Shown: one piece after another, positions 41,001 to 53,646 of the stretch
How the letters are laid out: every line of letters begins with the position of its first letter
Numbering within the stretch: position 1 is the stretch's first letter
Assembly (NCBI GenBank): GCA_028023455.1
Contig: JAQFVV010000007.1
Location: forward strand, 3,534,001-3,598,000
Source of the DNA: Epiperipatus broadwayi
Lineage: Eukaryota > Animalia > Onychophora
DNA length: 64,000 nucleotides
Direction: 5' to 3'
Notes under the pieces: generated by a model
The model's input: the letters and a program-made list of their open reading frames with translations, nothing else
Database searches by the model: none
What the model was told of the DNA's origin: nothing
Made by a program: the position numbers and the translations under genes

Positions 41001-43249
41001 AGAACCAGCTTGCTAAATAAATAATTATATAGATGCTGACTATCTAAAGGAAGAGAAACCCAGATAAATGTATATACAACTGTGGTGAGTAGAGTTATAT
41101 ATGATAACAAAATTTTAAATAATTTCTTTAGTAAAATTATATTTTGAAAGTGATGCGTGAATTTGTACTTTTTATGTTTATGGTGGGTGTATAGTTGAGC
41201 AGGGCTATGTGGATGCAGTGTGTTTGTGGTGCTCCGAAGTATATGCTTGGTACTATCTAGACCTAGATATTGAGCTCCCAGGGTAGTCCAGCAGTGTATA
41301 TGTAGGCCTCATGAATAGGCCTTGGTCTCATGAATAGACCTCTTCTAAAGCCCCTAAGACTCACAAGAGATGAGCAGAGCTGGCTTAGTGCCTGATATTT
41401 TTTTCTGGATACTATTTCTTGTGGATGATCTGTCTAGGTACTTAGAAGGGGCAGTGCTTAAAAATGAGGTTTTTCTTGCGACATCATGGGGCATTGTGTA
41501 CTTAGTCCATGCTTGACTATCTACTTATCATGGCATGAAGAGCTGCACTTCACGTATTCACTTTTCCTCTCTCACCTTGCCTACTTCATCAGCATTAACT
41601 AATCAAGCAGAAAGACATTTAGAAATTTATATTTTCTTAATTCTATAAAACGATTGTATATTTCTTTTATTAAAAAAAAAAGACATTTTAAATCAATCAA
41701 CAATCATCTGTCAAAAATTTAATTGGATTTATTTTAAGAAAAAAAAGCTATATTCAACAAAAAGAATAATTGTGAAAATAACTTTTATCATTATAACAAA
41801 TATGTAAATTTTATGTATATTGCAAATGGAATTTGTAATTGTAGAAATTATTGTTATTTATTGTTTGACAAAATTAAATTTATAAATAATCTGTGCACAC
41901 ATATATGTCAATGCTTATCAAATAGGACATATATGCAAATTTTAATCATTTATGTTATTGAATATTCATTATATATTATAAATCGCGCGTCTGTCCGCAT
42001 ATATATGTAAACCATAGTAATAATTTGAATATATTTTATTATACTTTTTGTAAATTAATGTAACAATTTAAATTTTGAATAGTAATTATGTAAATTACAA
42101 GTGTAATAATTATTTTATGTTTAATTGAAATGTCTTCATCATATGTTATAAAACGCCCGTCTGTGTATGAATATATATATATGTGTGTTTATAGAATCTA
42201 ATTGAGAAATATTGTAAAACCATGTAATAACTTTAGTTGTGTATATAATTTTGTATACTTTTCAAAATCAGAGCCTTATCCTATAAGACCTTAAATATAA
42301 TTTTTTTTTTGTTATTAATAAACTTGTATTTAATTGTTTAAAATGGTTTCCATCATCTCTTGCTCACATTCACTAATAGTGCTTGTGTTCTCGGAGCTAG
42401 ATTCGAGCACGGGATGAATATATAAATGAGGATGTGTATTTGGTGCTTTGGGGCATCCAGAGATGATCAATCATCATCCTGGTTGACGCAAAAGAGGATA
42501 CTCTTTAAAGCCCATGCACTATATTTTATTTTTGTTTAGTCTTGTTAAAAAAATTTAAGTTTATAGAGCAGTGATGATGATCAGCATGTTTTAAATGTCC
42601 CAGCATTATTGTTTCGATTTTCTGATTATTGTGTATTTTAATGGATGGGCACTTAAATGGTGCATCCAAGTCATGTTTAAATAATTGTGCAAGCTGGCAA
42701 AGGCTCAATAGTTAGCCTGGTCTAAAGAAGACCCATTTCAATCCAGTCACAAGATTGACTGTTGATATATTGTACTGATTTGTTTATTCCCATTAATAAT
42801 GATGATAAATGGTATTTGAATTATACTTACTTTGACTTATTATAATGCTGGTTGAATTGATATATGATTAATTATATTGTAGTTGCTCTTCGGAGTTAGC
42901 TTCTGATCTCGCAATGCTATCAGAGATTCTCTAATCTCATTTTATTATTAAATATCTTATAACTTATATATACTTTGCAAATTAGTAATTTATACTGTAT
43001 TGACTTGGGGTTGATGATGATTGTTTTTCCATCACCCCAGGTTGTTTCTTCCTTCCTCTTCTCACCCACCCCATCCCGTTATAGTATAAATCTGTTTACA
43101 CAGCATAATCTCATCTATTTGCTGCAAAAATGATATGTATATTGATAGTTTATGCAGGATGTGTAAAACCAATTCAGATTTTAATAGCTCATAAACATAT
43201 TTCACATTATATATACACCTGGGTCTCGTTTTACATGATAGATAGGTTC

Positions 43250-43900
43250 CTCAGAAAACACGCGCAAACAAAATTGCGCAAAAATAGACGTAACTTACAT
43301 TGAAAAGGGGGGGGTGCGGTCTGTGATTTTTCAAAATTCGCGTAAAAGCCAAGCACCAACATAAAATTACTTTAAAATTTGCGCGCAAAAAAAAATAAGG
43401 AAATAAAATATGACCAATAAAAAATTTCAAATTTGAAAAAAATTGATAAGACAAACTTTTTTTAACTATAATATTTAATTTTATTCAAAATAATATATTT
43501 TTATGCATAATTTACAGTACAGTAATTCACATTTTTTATACACATTTTAATTATTATCGCTATTTGCCGAAAAACACGTTCGTTTGCAAACTGGTAAAAA
43601 AGCAGATTCTCACAAGAGGAAATACAACTAGCGCCAACTTCACTCTCATGTTGTGTTAATGGTTTTCTGTTGACAACGTAATTAGTAATTAATCTTTGAG
43701 ACGATGATTTTATTAATTGTTTATGAACTTAGACTTATGATAATAAAAAAACATTTATTCACCACTGGTGGGAAAAATTTAATTAAAACTAACAACTAAA
43801 AATTAAATTCTTATTTTTGTCTTTAATTTTTTAATTTTCAATTCCATTTAAAAATCAAATTTCAGTTTACATCACATTAATTTCAAGTCGCCGTAAGTAA
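43250..43900. promoter_or_regulatory. CpG-rich candidate (bidirectional) promoter
   Basis: Dense CGCG/GCGC words; minus donor GTAAGT at 43298; plus Inr-like TCAGTT at 43862-43867 and donor GTAAGT at 43893. Confidence 0.4.
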
Positions 43901-44539
43901 TTTTTAAATTATTAATTACAATTAAAAATCAGATTTTAATTTTTAATTGTCAAACTTAATTGTGCCCACTGCTATTACTCACCTTTTAAAAATAAACTTG
44001 AGGACACTAAATGATTAATAATTGATTACGTTTTTAAAAAGCAAAAACAGAATGTGATTTAAAATGCAAAATTAAACACACACAATGTTTGAACAAATTT
44101 ACATTATAATCTTGTAAAATTTAATGTGTGTATACATAAAATGTGGAAATCATGATTTTAATTTCATTATTGCATAAAATCTTACTATTATAAAGCACTG
44201 AAAATATTGAAATTACTAAGATGAAAGTCGAATTCCAATAATGTGCTATTAAATAATTTAATATATCAAGCTATTACTTTCAATATAACGTAAGTGCGAG
44301 AAATTTATTATTTAAAGTAATAGCGCATTATCGGAGTTCGACTTCCGGTGAAACATGAATCGCATAACTTCAAAATCGTGTTAAATAAGTCCGCGTAAAA
44401 AGAGACATAGGTGTACAAAACAAACACAGTAATCATTGAAATAAATTATCTTAGTAAAATTGTTTGAGTCTTTTCTACACCTTTTATGATCATAGACAAT
44501 AATCTTTGGAGATATACAATTCAAGATAAAGTAGAATAA

Positions 44540-45138
44540 TATTTCTATAGTGTAAGTTCATTACACCACTCTCATGCAAAGTAGTGAATATTTTCTATCC
44601 ACTTTTAAAACCATGTGGAGGGATGTAATCATAAACATATGACCACAGATATGTGAAAAAGATCTATGATCGCCAAGATACACATTTCATGCTGAACTAG
44701 CACTCATCAGTTGGTTCAGATCATCTCTTACATATCTTTATCATTGTTCTGTGTTGCCCTCACAACTTTAACACAAATCACTTAATGAAAGTATATTAAT
44801 AATGTTTATTAGTCACTCATTAGACTATAGATTATCCCATAATGAATAATATTTCCATAGTATAATTTTCATTATACCACTGTTACGCAAGGTAGGGAAT
44901 GTTTTCTAGACACATTTAACACCATGTGGAGGGATGTAATCATAAAGACATGTGAAAAAGATCTATGATCCCTAAGATGTCTTTCACATGTCTTTGGTCA
45001 TATGTTTATGATTACATCCCTCCACAATGTGTTAAAAGTGGCTAGCAAAGATTCCCTACCTTACACTACAGAAATATTATTCATTACTGGATGTCTATTC
45101 TAATCAGTGACTAATAAAAATTATTAATACACTTTCAT
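44540..45138. mobile_element. Family C hammerhead-bearing repeat (related to B around the ribozyme): ~310-bp tandem period plus inverted arm
   Basis: CATGTGGAGGGATGTAATCATAAA at ~44612 and ~44922; inverted arm ~44975-45138; possible 9-bp TSD GTAGAATAA (44531-44539, 45139-45147). Confidence 0.75.
44673..44714 (-). ncRNA. Minimal type-I hammerhead ribozyme motif with complete core
   Basis: CCAA-CUGAUGA-GUGCUA GUU CAGCAU-GAAA-UGUGUAUC-UUGG: stem I CCAA/UUGG, stem II 5 of 6 pairs, AUC triplet. Confidence 0.82.
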
Positions 45139-45561
45139 GTAGAATAAAGCAGGTTCTCAAATTTTAAAAAGAATGGATTTTAACAATGTGTGCACATTTT
45201 ATGATTCCAAACACAAAAAAACTTTTTTTTAAATCAGATATCTCATAGTCCACTAATATTAAGTCATTTCCTTTATGGCTATCATACATTTTATAGACAT
45301 TATAAATTCAGAGACAGAATATAAAAACACTATTTTGAGTCAATATAGTACCTATCTAAAAAAAAATATTAATAAAAATCCAGCCATTCTTTTTAGATAT
45401 GATAGATAATCCCTAGTAATAAGTGCCAAAGAATCAATTTTTTTAAGTATAATGAATTAATTTATTTACAAAAAGAAAAAATAAAACAGCAATAACCTTT
45501 GCAATAAATATTTGTCTTTGTCAAAATTACATTTGCAAAGTAAGTATATATATATCTGCAA

Positions 45562-45727
45562 GGCTGCAGAAAGGAGTTTGCTATTAACTGAAAGGAGACC
45601 CTTTGATTCCTCTTGGAGGCCTTAAAGGAACCGAGCAGGGCAAATTCCTAATGTCCACTCCATACGTTCTTGTCGTTGCAGCTGTTATTACTATATGTTT
45701 ATTCATATAGTATACGAACATGGATGG
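45562..45727 (+). ncRNA. HDV-like (CPEB3-type) self-cleaving ribozyme fold at the RTE 5' end
   Basis: P1 GGCUGCA/UGCAGCU with G1.U wobble; P2 UCCAU/AUGGA; P3 ACG/CGU with L3 UUCUUGU; GU; AU-rich P4; J4/2 CGAAC with the putative catalytic C at 45715. Confidence 0.85.
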
Positions 45728-45853
45728 GCTTCTCACCAACACGCATTAGCCAGCGTGGTGAGTTTATTGGCTTTTTATCTCTGAGTTTAAGATCAAGAAA
45801 CACCATGGTCTTTCTTCTCAGTGCCTGATAAGGCAGAATGAATGTTTGTGTAA

Positions 45854-48836
45854 ATGATAAAGATTTTTCCCAATTATACAATTATGACAGACAAAAATAA
45901 AGCATGGCCCTTAATCCCAGGAGGCTGTAAAGTCACCAACCAAGGCAGCGGTTGGTGGCCGAAGGTGGAGGGTGCTAAGAATATCCTGGAGGCGGACCCA
46001 GGCTGCCATTTGATGACGACTTTTTATTTAGGTACTTACAACTGCAGATCACTTTCAAGTGAAGGAAGATTGCAAGAATTAGAACTCTCTTATATTAAAT
46101 GAGATATTATTGGACTTTGTGAAGTTAGAAGAAAAGGTGAAGAGACAATTGATTTAAAAAGTGGACATATGCTCTATTATAAAGGCACAAATATTGGAAA
46201 TACAAGTGGAGTAGGATTCATTATAAATAAAAAGTGGAAGAACAATATTGTGGAGATTGATGGTGTATCAGACAGAGTGGCAAGATTAGTTATACAACTT
46301 AATAGCAGATATCAAATGCAGATAATTCAGATTTATGCCCCAACAAGTTCTCACAGTGATGAAGTAGTAGAAGATTTTTATATGGATGTACAAAAGGCTT
46401 TTGATCAGAGTAAACAACATTTTAAAATTGTTATGGGAGATTTTAATGCTAGAATTGGTAAACAAATGAAAGATGAAAGTGTTGTAGGTAATTTTGGTTA
46501 TGGTAATAGAAATGAGAGAGGACATAGACTTGTGGAGTTTGCAGAGAAGGAAAAACTTTATATTATGAATTCTTTTTTTGAGAAAAATGTTAGAAGGAAA
46601 TGGACATGGAAGCATCCAAATGAAGGTACAGCAGAATTGGATTATATTTTGACTAACAGGAAATACATATTTCAAGATTGTAATGTTCTTAATAAATTTA
46701 ATACAGGAAGTGATCATCGATTAGTAAGGGGTAAGATACATGTTAATGTAAAACTAGAGAGACAAAAATTATTAAGGAAAACTATATTTACAGTTGATAT
46801 TCCTAATCTTCAGAAACATTCTAATGAATTTAAATTAGAACTTACAAATCGGTTTCAAGTATTAGTAGATTTTGAACATGATTCAGATTTGAATGAAATT
46901 AATATGAAAATAACTGATACACTTTTAAAAACTGCAACAAAGATAGCTGGTAGAAAAAAGCAGCAATTGACTAATAAAATTTCTACTGAGACTAGAGAAC
47001 TTATGAAGAAAAGAAGGAATATGAAGATATGCAAGAATGATGCATTAAAAAGAATTCCGATCTCTCGAATTTTGTAAAATGGTGTGGAAAAGAGTTGAAA
47101 ATGATATAAGAAAGTATAACTGTGAACTAGCAAGAAAAGCTGTAGAAGAAAATAAAAGTCTTAAGAATGTAAAACAACATTTTGGTATTGGTAGGAAATT
47201 TATATCTGCAATAAGGAAAAAAGATGGAATTATTACTAAAAAGAGGGATGACATTATGAAATTGGTAGAAGATTTTTATCAAGAATTATATAGTAATAAA
47301 GAACAAGTACCTCCTATATCTATTACATCTTCCGAATTGCCCAGAATTTTAAATGAAGAAGTGAGAAATGCAATTAAATGTATGAAAAAAGGAAAGGCTC
47401 CAGGTAATGATGGAATTATAATTGATATATTAAAAGAAGCAGGTGAAGAAACAGAAAAAATATTAGCAAAGTTATATACCAAATGTCTAAATGATAAAGA
47501 TGTACCGGATGATTGGAAGAATGCAGTAATAATATTAATATTTAAAAAAGGTGATAAAGAAGATATTAGAAATTACAGACCTATCAGCCTTTTATCAGTT
47601 TTATATAAAATTTTTACCAAGATAATTACAACTCGTCTACAGAGAACCTTGGATTTTCACCAACCAAGAGAACAAGCTGGATTTAAAAGTGGTTTTAGTA
47701 CAGTAGATCATATTCAAGTATTGAGAGAAGTTATAGAAAGGACAAATGAATATGAGTTGCCATTATGTTTTGGATTTGTAGATTATGAAAAGGCATTTGA
47801 TTCTATAAACATTTCTTCAGTGATTAAAGCATTGGATCATCAAGGTATAGATCCAGGATATTGTCATATTTTAAAGAATATTTATAAAAATGCAACAGCA
47901 ACAATTAGATTACATAATAATACTGGGAAAGTCAACATTGAGAAAGGTGTAAGACAAGGTGACTCCATATCTCCAAAACTTTTTACAGCAGTGCTGCAAG
48001 AAGTATTTTGTGGATTAAAATGGGAAACTAAAGGAGTGAAAGTAAATGGAGATTATTTAAGTCATTTAGATTTCGCAGATGATGTAGTTGTTTTTGCAAA
48101 TAATGCTTCCGAGCTGCAGGAAATGTTGCAGGAGTTATCAGATGAAAGTAGGAAAGTAGGACTAAAGATAAATGTTAAAAAGACTAAAGTAATGTTTAAT
48201 CGATTTGATAAAAATATGAAAATAAAGATTGATTATGATGAATTAGAAGAAGTTAAGAGTTACAAATACCTTGGTCAGATTATTAATACAGATGGAAACA
48301 TAATAGAGGAAATTAATCATAGAATTAAACTTGGTTGGAGTGCTTTTGGTAGAAATAACTTGATATTAAAAGGAAATATGCCTATGTGTTTGAAAAGAAA
48401 GGTTTTTAACAAATGTGTTTTACCAGTTCTTACTTATGGATCTGAGACTTGGACACTTAATAGAAGATCAATACAGAGACTTCAGACCATTCAAAGAAGT
48501 ATGGAGAGATGTATGTTGGGAGTAACAAGAAGAGATCGAAAACGCAATGTATGGTTAAGAGAACAAACAGGTGTTACTGACCTCATTGAAAAAATTAAAA
48601 GATTGAAGTGGAGTTGGGCTGGACATATTGCTAGAAGAGATGATAATAGATGGACAATTGAAATTTTAAACTGGATTCCAAGAGTTTGTAAAAGACCTAG
48701 AAGGAGACCACATGTAAGATGGATGGATGAAATAAGAAAATGTGTAGGGGTGATGTGGAGAAGAGAAGCTAAAGATCGGAGAAGATGGATTAAACTTGGA
48801 GAGACCTTCATCCTGCAGTGGATTGATAATGGTTGA
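45854..48836 (+). pseudogene. RTE APE-endonuclease / reverse-transcriptase ORF with one premature stop (~46102) and one frameshift (~47050-47078)
   Basis: GTYNCRSL, MGDFNARIG, ELDYIL, GSDHRLV (APE); [39 protein letters not shown] (RT); [10 protein letters not shown]-terminus. Confidence 0.93.
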
Positions 48837-49649
48837 TAATGATGATGATATCTGCAAAACATATAATACTCTATGTGATTTGGTATCCCTTCTGGTGCTC
48901 CAATTTCACATAATCTGAGCAATTAATCATTTGATTAAATAATTACATATAAGAACATAACTTTATATGTATTAAATCTATATACCCACACATACATACT
49001 CCATTATAAATAGTTTATTGCCATCATATTACAATGAAATAAAAATAAGTTTTATTTTCTAAATTACATTTATCTTTATAATAAAAATGATATATTAGAA
49101 TTACTTTAATTAAAATAAAAATATGACATTTAGAATATGATACTAAATTATTTTGTAACCAATATAAGTAATAGCTATTATTTATATTTCATAAACTTTA
49201 AAAGAAAAGAAATATTTATCATGAGTTTTTGCTTACTGTATTCCATATTTGTTAAAAAAAAAATATTCCAAGAGTTAATCTTATCTTTAGACTTATAACA
49301 GATGCACATAATTAGCAACAAAGACTGGATTCACTGGGCTGCTGCCCTGAGCTATGTGATGATAAATGCCAAGGACTCATAAAGACAATTCTAGTTCAAC
49401 AGCCTTGACAGATAATCAAAAATAAGTCAGAACTAGTTAAATGTAAAATAATAATAATAATAAATCCAATTTTTATTTAAAGTTGAAAAATTTATCATGA
49501 AAATTTTTCAAGGAAATACATTTTGAAAAAGAAAATAACAAACAGATGGAATTGAAAAATTTTTGCTTTTTTTTTTTAATTTTTATTTCCAAAAATGATA
49601 AAACTTTTTTATCATCAACTGTTATCTACCTTTACAGTAATTTCTGCAC

Positions 49650-50400
49650 AAATCACTGAATTTGAAAATATAAAACAAAAACATTGTGAGAATAACATCT
49701 AAAAAACTTTTAAAAAATGGAATGTAAAAATTGCAGAAACATTGTATTAATAAGAATTTTGGAAAATTCTCAATAAAATAATTGAAATGCAAGTTAAAAA
49801 TGCAAATAGAGAAACACTTGGCAGATGAACAAGTTAGAGTTAGAAAGAAGTATAATACAAAAAATATCACTTCATTGTTGAGAAAGTTATTTAAAAAGAA
49901 AATATAAAAATGTCTATTATGACTTTCAGAAGATTTTTGACAGAATTGGCTAAAAGATCTTATGTCATTATATAAAGAATATTTACAATAATTTAAAACT
50001 AAACATCATAATATGTGAAGAAACTAGCATCTGATTTGAAAGTGAAAAAAGCAGTAAGACAAAGAGAATATATAAAATTAAAGAAAAGACAAAAAAAAGG
50101 ATTAATATTAAGACACACAGATGTTATAGTGATCATTAAAGAGGACAAAGAAATTGCAGTGATCATTAAAGAGGACAAAGAAATTGACAGAAATAAAATA
50201 TTCATTTCATTCCTAAGAAAACCTTTATAATTTTTTTATTTTTGCAAATAAAAACTATTGAATATTTAATGGTTGGAAATAAGAAAATTAAGATTCTGAT
50301 TTTGGAAGTAAAAAGAACTTCAAGAAATAGAAAAAGCATATCTTTGTGTTATATTTATTAAAAAAAAATAAAGTAACAGAAATGAGAATTTAGAAATAAT
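49650..50400 (+). mobile_element. Highly degraded RTE-like RT relic
   Basis: LADEQ-like and AVRQ (GVRQG-like) remnants; short tandem duplication ~50128-50188. Confidence 0.4.
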
Positions 50401-52712
50401 AAATTATAAAATAATAAATTATAGAATATAAATGTATTCTAACTAATCTGATTGAAGATATTTCTATTAGTGTGATTGAAGTTGCTTTCCAAAATAATGA
50501 TATTGGCTGCAACTATGCAATTTAATAGCTTTCAATTTAAGGCATTGAATTATTATTTTGTCCTTGAATTTAGAAATGTTTGAACTACTAATTTACAAAA
50601 TAATAATTTTCATTATAATCATAAATCAGAACAAGTTGAAATTTTAATTTCATGGTTTACTTTTTTAAAGATGTATGCTTTAAAATAAATGGAATACTAA
50701 AAAGTTATACCAATTAATTGTTCTATGAAAAATAATCTTAAAACATCAGTTACCATTTAAACTCACAGAATCAATAGCAAAGTTCGTCTTTTCTATCAAT
50801 ACCTGATAAAGAGAATGGTAAAAATAATTGTAAATTATGAACTCAGTTCCCATAAGTGTGTATTATCTCTATCACTGGTAAAAATCATACTAGAGTAGTA
50901 CTTTGCTTTTACATTCATTGCATCAACACTCATTTGATCATTCCAGATAAATCTTTATTCTCTAGCTATAAATAGTAGATATTTACTGACCAATAATGAA
51001 TGGAGCAGAGTTGTCTATCAATTATGTATACAAACAACAAGAATATCAGTTGATAGTTTACTATTTTATAATATTAAGTAAAAAAACAAATATTAGATTA
51101 GACAAGCTAATTATTTAACTGAAGTAAATGTCATAAGTTGTTATTAATTATTAATCTATCATTTACTTTGATGACAGTTGAAATCAATTTTTATGCCATC
51201 TAAGTCAATTGATATTATAATCAAACAAATACATTCATAACTACTTTAATTCCTTGAAATATTTTACTGATGATCCTACTAATTAAAACTTCAATGTACA
51301 TTTGATTATAGAAATAATTTTACATGTAAACAGAAGAATAAATGTTTTCCTACTCTAAATCATAATATAAAAATTAGAAGTCAAAAAAAAAACCCCACTA
51401 TAAAGAATTACACATCAAATACTAATAACCCAATTAAAAATAGTATGAAGATTTTTTTTATCTTTGAGAACTGTAATGAATATTACATTTAATATTATCA
51501 GCTGTCCTACTTTTATCTAAACATGGCTTTCCATACAAATAGTTCTGTATACCTTTCAATAAATTATCTTGTAAGATGGCCTTCAATGTTTTTGTTTTTT
51601 TTAATCATATCAAAATGAGGCATTTGCATTTTTAACACACAGTAACAGTTAATACAAAAAAAATCAAAATTAAATTTACATAATTTATTTAACATGTAAA
51701 CCTTGAAAAAAAAAGTTCAAAGATTCTTCAAAATAACATTTGTCATTAAGCCTGGTTAAGTGATCTGATTTTAAATTTAACTGATTTTGATTTTATAACT
51801 TTAATCAAAGAAATAGTTTGCTTGAAGACAAATCTGACAATTTGATAACCATGCCCTATGCCTAAATGAAGATTCTATTTTATATATATGACATTATTGC
51901 ATATCATAGCACATTATATTTACATTTTAAATGGTAATAATTATCTCATATTGAAAGTTACATTAAATCTAAAATTTTCAATTTCACTCTCTACATATAT
52001 ATATATGGTCATACCTTTTAGCTTGGGTTAATTTCCCTCATCCTGGTCATAAATCTGATGTCATAGTAAATTGTTATGGAGTTTATGTTTTAAGGAAGAT
52101 TAGACTATAAATAATAATAGCAATGAGTACATATTTATTACATATATATCATCTGTAATATATCTTTTATTGTGAGTATAATGTAGTATACCATGAACTT
52201 TTAGATATACAATATATAATTAAACCTCTAACAGTGCAAGAAATTTTGTTGTCTGTTCCATGTGATCTCAAGCAGATCAATAAGATTTTGATCATTATCT
52301 CTTATAAAAGCTATAGTAGTCTAGGTTGCGAATCTAGTGGTGCCTTCAGTTCAATGTTCTAGTCATTTCAGTTTGATAATAAGATGATCATTACAACATA
52401 CATGTAGATATATATATTTTTTGTACATGCTATCTATACAGCAAGTATTATAAGTTGCAAATATACAGTATAGTTTTATCACAAATAGCACAATCCTTTT
52501 CTTTTATAATAAAAGTATAATCTTGAAAATGTTTGGAAAAGACTTGTGGCAATTTTATAGTAACTTCAAATTAAAATGTCAGATAAATGTAAATCAAAGT
52601 ATACACTTTGTTATGTATCCCTTACTTAATTAAGCCATAATCTAGTTTTAAAACCAGCAGTTAATACATTAAATATTACAATCTATCATAAGTGATAATG
52701 ATTAATTGATAT

Positions 52713-53646
52713 TGTAACGGTAAGAACTCGTATGCCTTGTTAACATGTTGCAAAATTCCACCGCTATGTTCGAAGAGCAGCACAACAGGTGGATTCAGGG
52801 CCTGTGATACCGTATTCAAACATAGTTATTTCATTCACAACAAAATCCATATGACAACGCGTCTACCATAACAACAGCAATATCTTTCTAGGCCCAGTGG
52901 TCAGGTAAAAAAGAGATTCTACTTAATTATTTAATATTACGGACTACTGCTATATACTTAATACTAGTTGGTAATGAAATGAGACATTAAATTTATTATT
53001 AAATTAAGCAGACACGCAAACATAGAAGTAGATATATAAATATTTAATGATGATTAATCAATAGACATGTAAATATATTACGCTACCGGGTATCATATCT
53101 AATCATATCCCATGCCTCACGAACGTTACGAGAGTACACTACGAGATCGTAATGAGGAGTGCATTTGTCAACCCGGCTATCATTCCTATTCTTTTAAATA
53201 TTAATATACTCTAATAAATTATTAATAGATTATCATATGTGGAGCAGTGGAATTAGATTGAGCATAGACATTTATAATTATTATTTAAGCGACCTGCAAT
53301 AGTTTGGATGCTGCCGAGCTATAAAAAAGTTGGCTTTCTAAGAGGATAACCGCTGAGAAATGTTGGAGGCGAGAAGGACAGCCAAACATCGGGTCAGAGC
53401 CCTTAGAGTGGTCACAAGTGTAGTATTGGTATGAGGTCATAGCCTTTCCATCCCCGACTGCGTGACAAGGTAGTTACTATTGGAGTGACGAGAGGGATGG
53501 CCAAACATCGGGTCGGAGCCCTTAGGAGTGGTCACGAGTGCAATATCGGTATGGGGTCATAGCCTTTCCATCCCCGACCGCGTGACAAGGTTAGTTGCTA
53601 TTGGAATCATTTGTAAGCCCTTTGATTAAGGGACTAAACATTTACA
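52713..53646 (+). mobile_element. Candidate solo LTR with internal 119-bp tandem duplication (53381-53605)
   Basis: TGTAA...TTACA termini, TATAAAA at ~53320, GC/CpG-richer than flanks; no TSD found. Confidence 0.55.

Larger units (their letters stand above)
45562..48847 (+). mobile_element. Full-length RTE-clade LINE, near intact
   Basis: 10-bp TSD ATATCTGCAA (45552-45561, 48848-48857); (GAT)n tail; single APE+RT ORF. Confidence 0.95.

Noticed and set aside
42568-42626. C/D box snoRNA (GTGATGA...CTGA)
   Set aside because: Short, no terminal stem, no recognisable guide or D'/C' boxes
46286-48922. Minus-strand ORFs overlapping the RTE
   Set aside because: Antisense shadows of the RTE coding sequence
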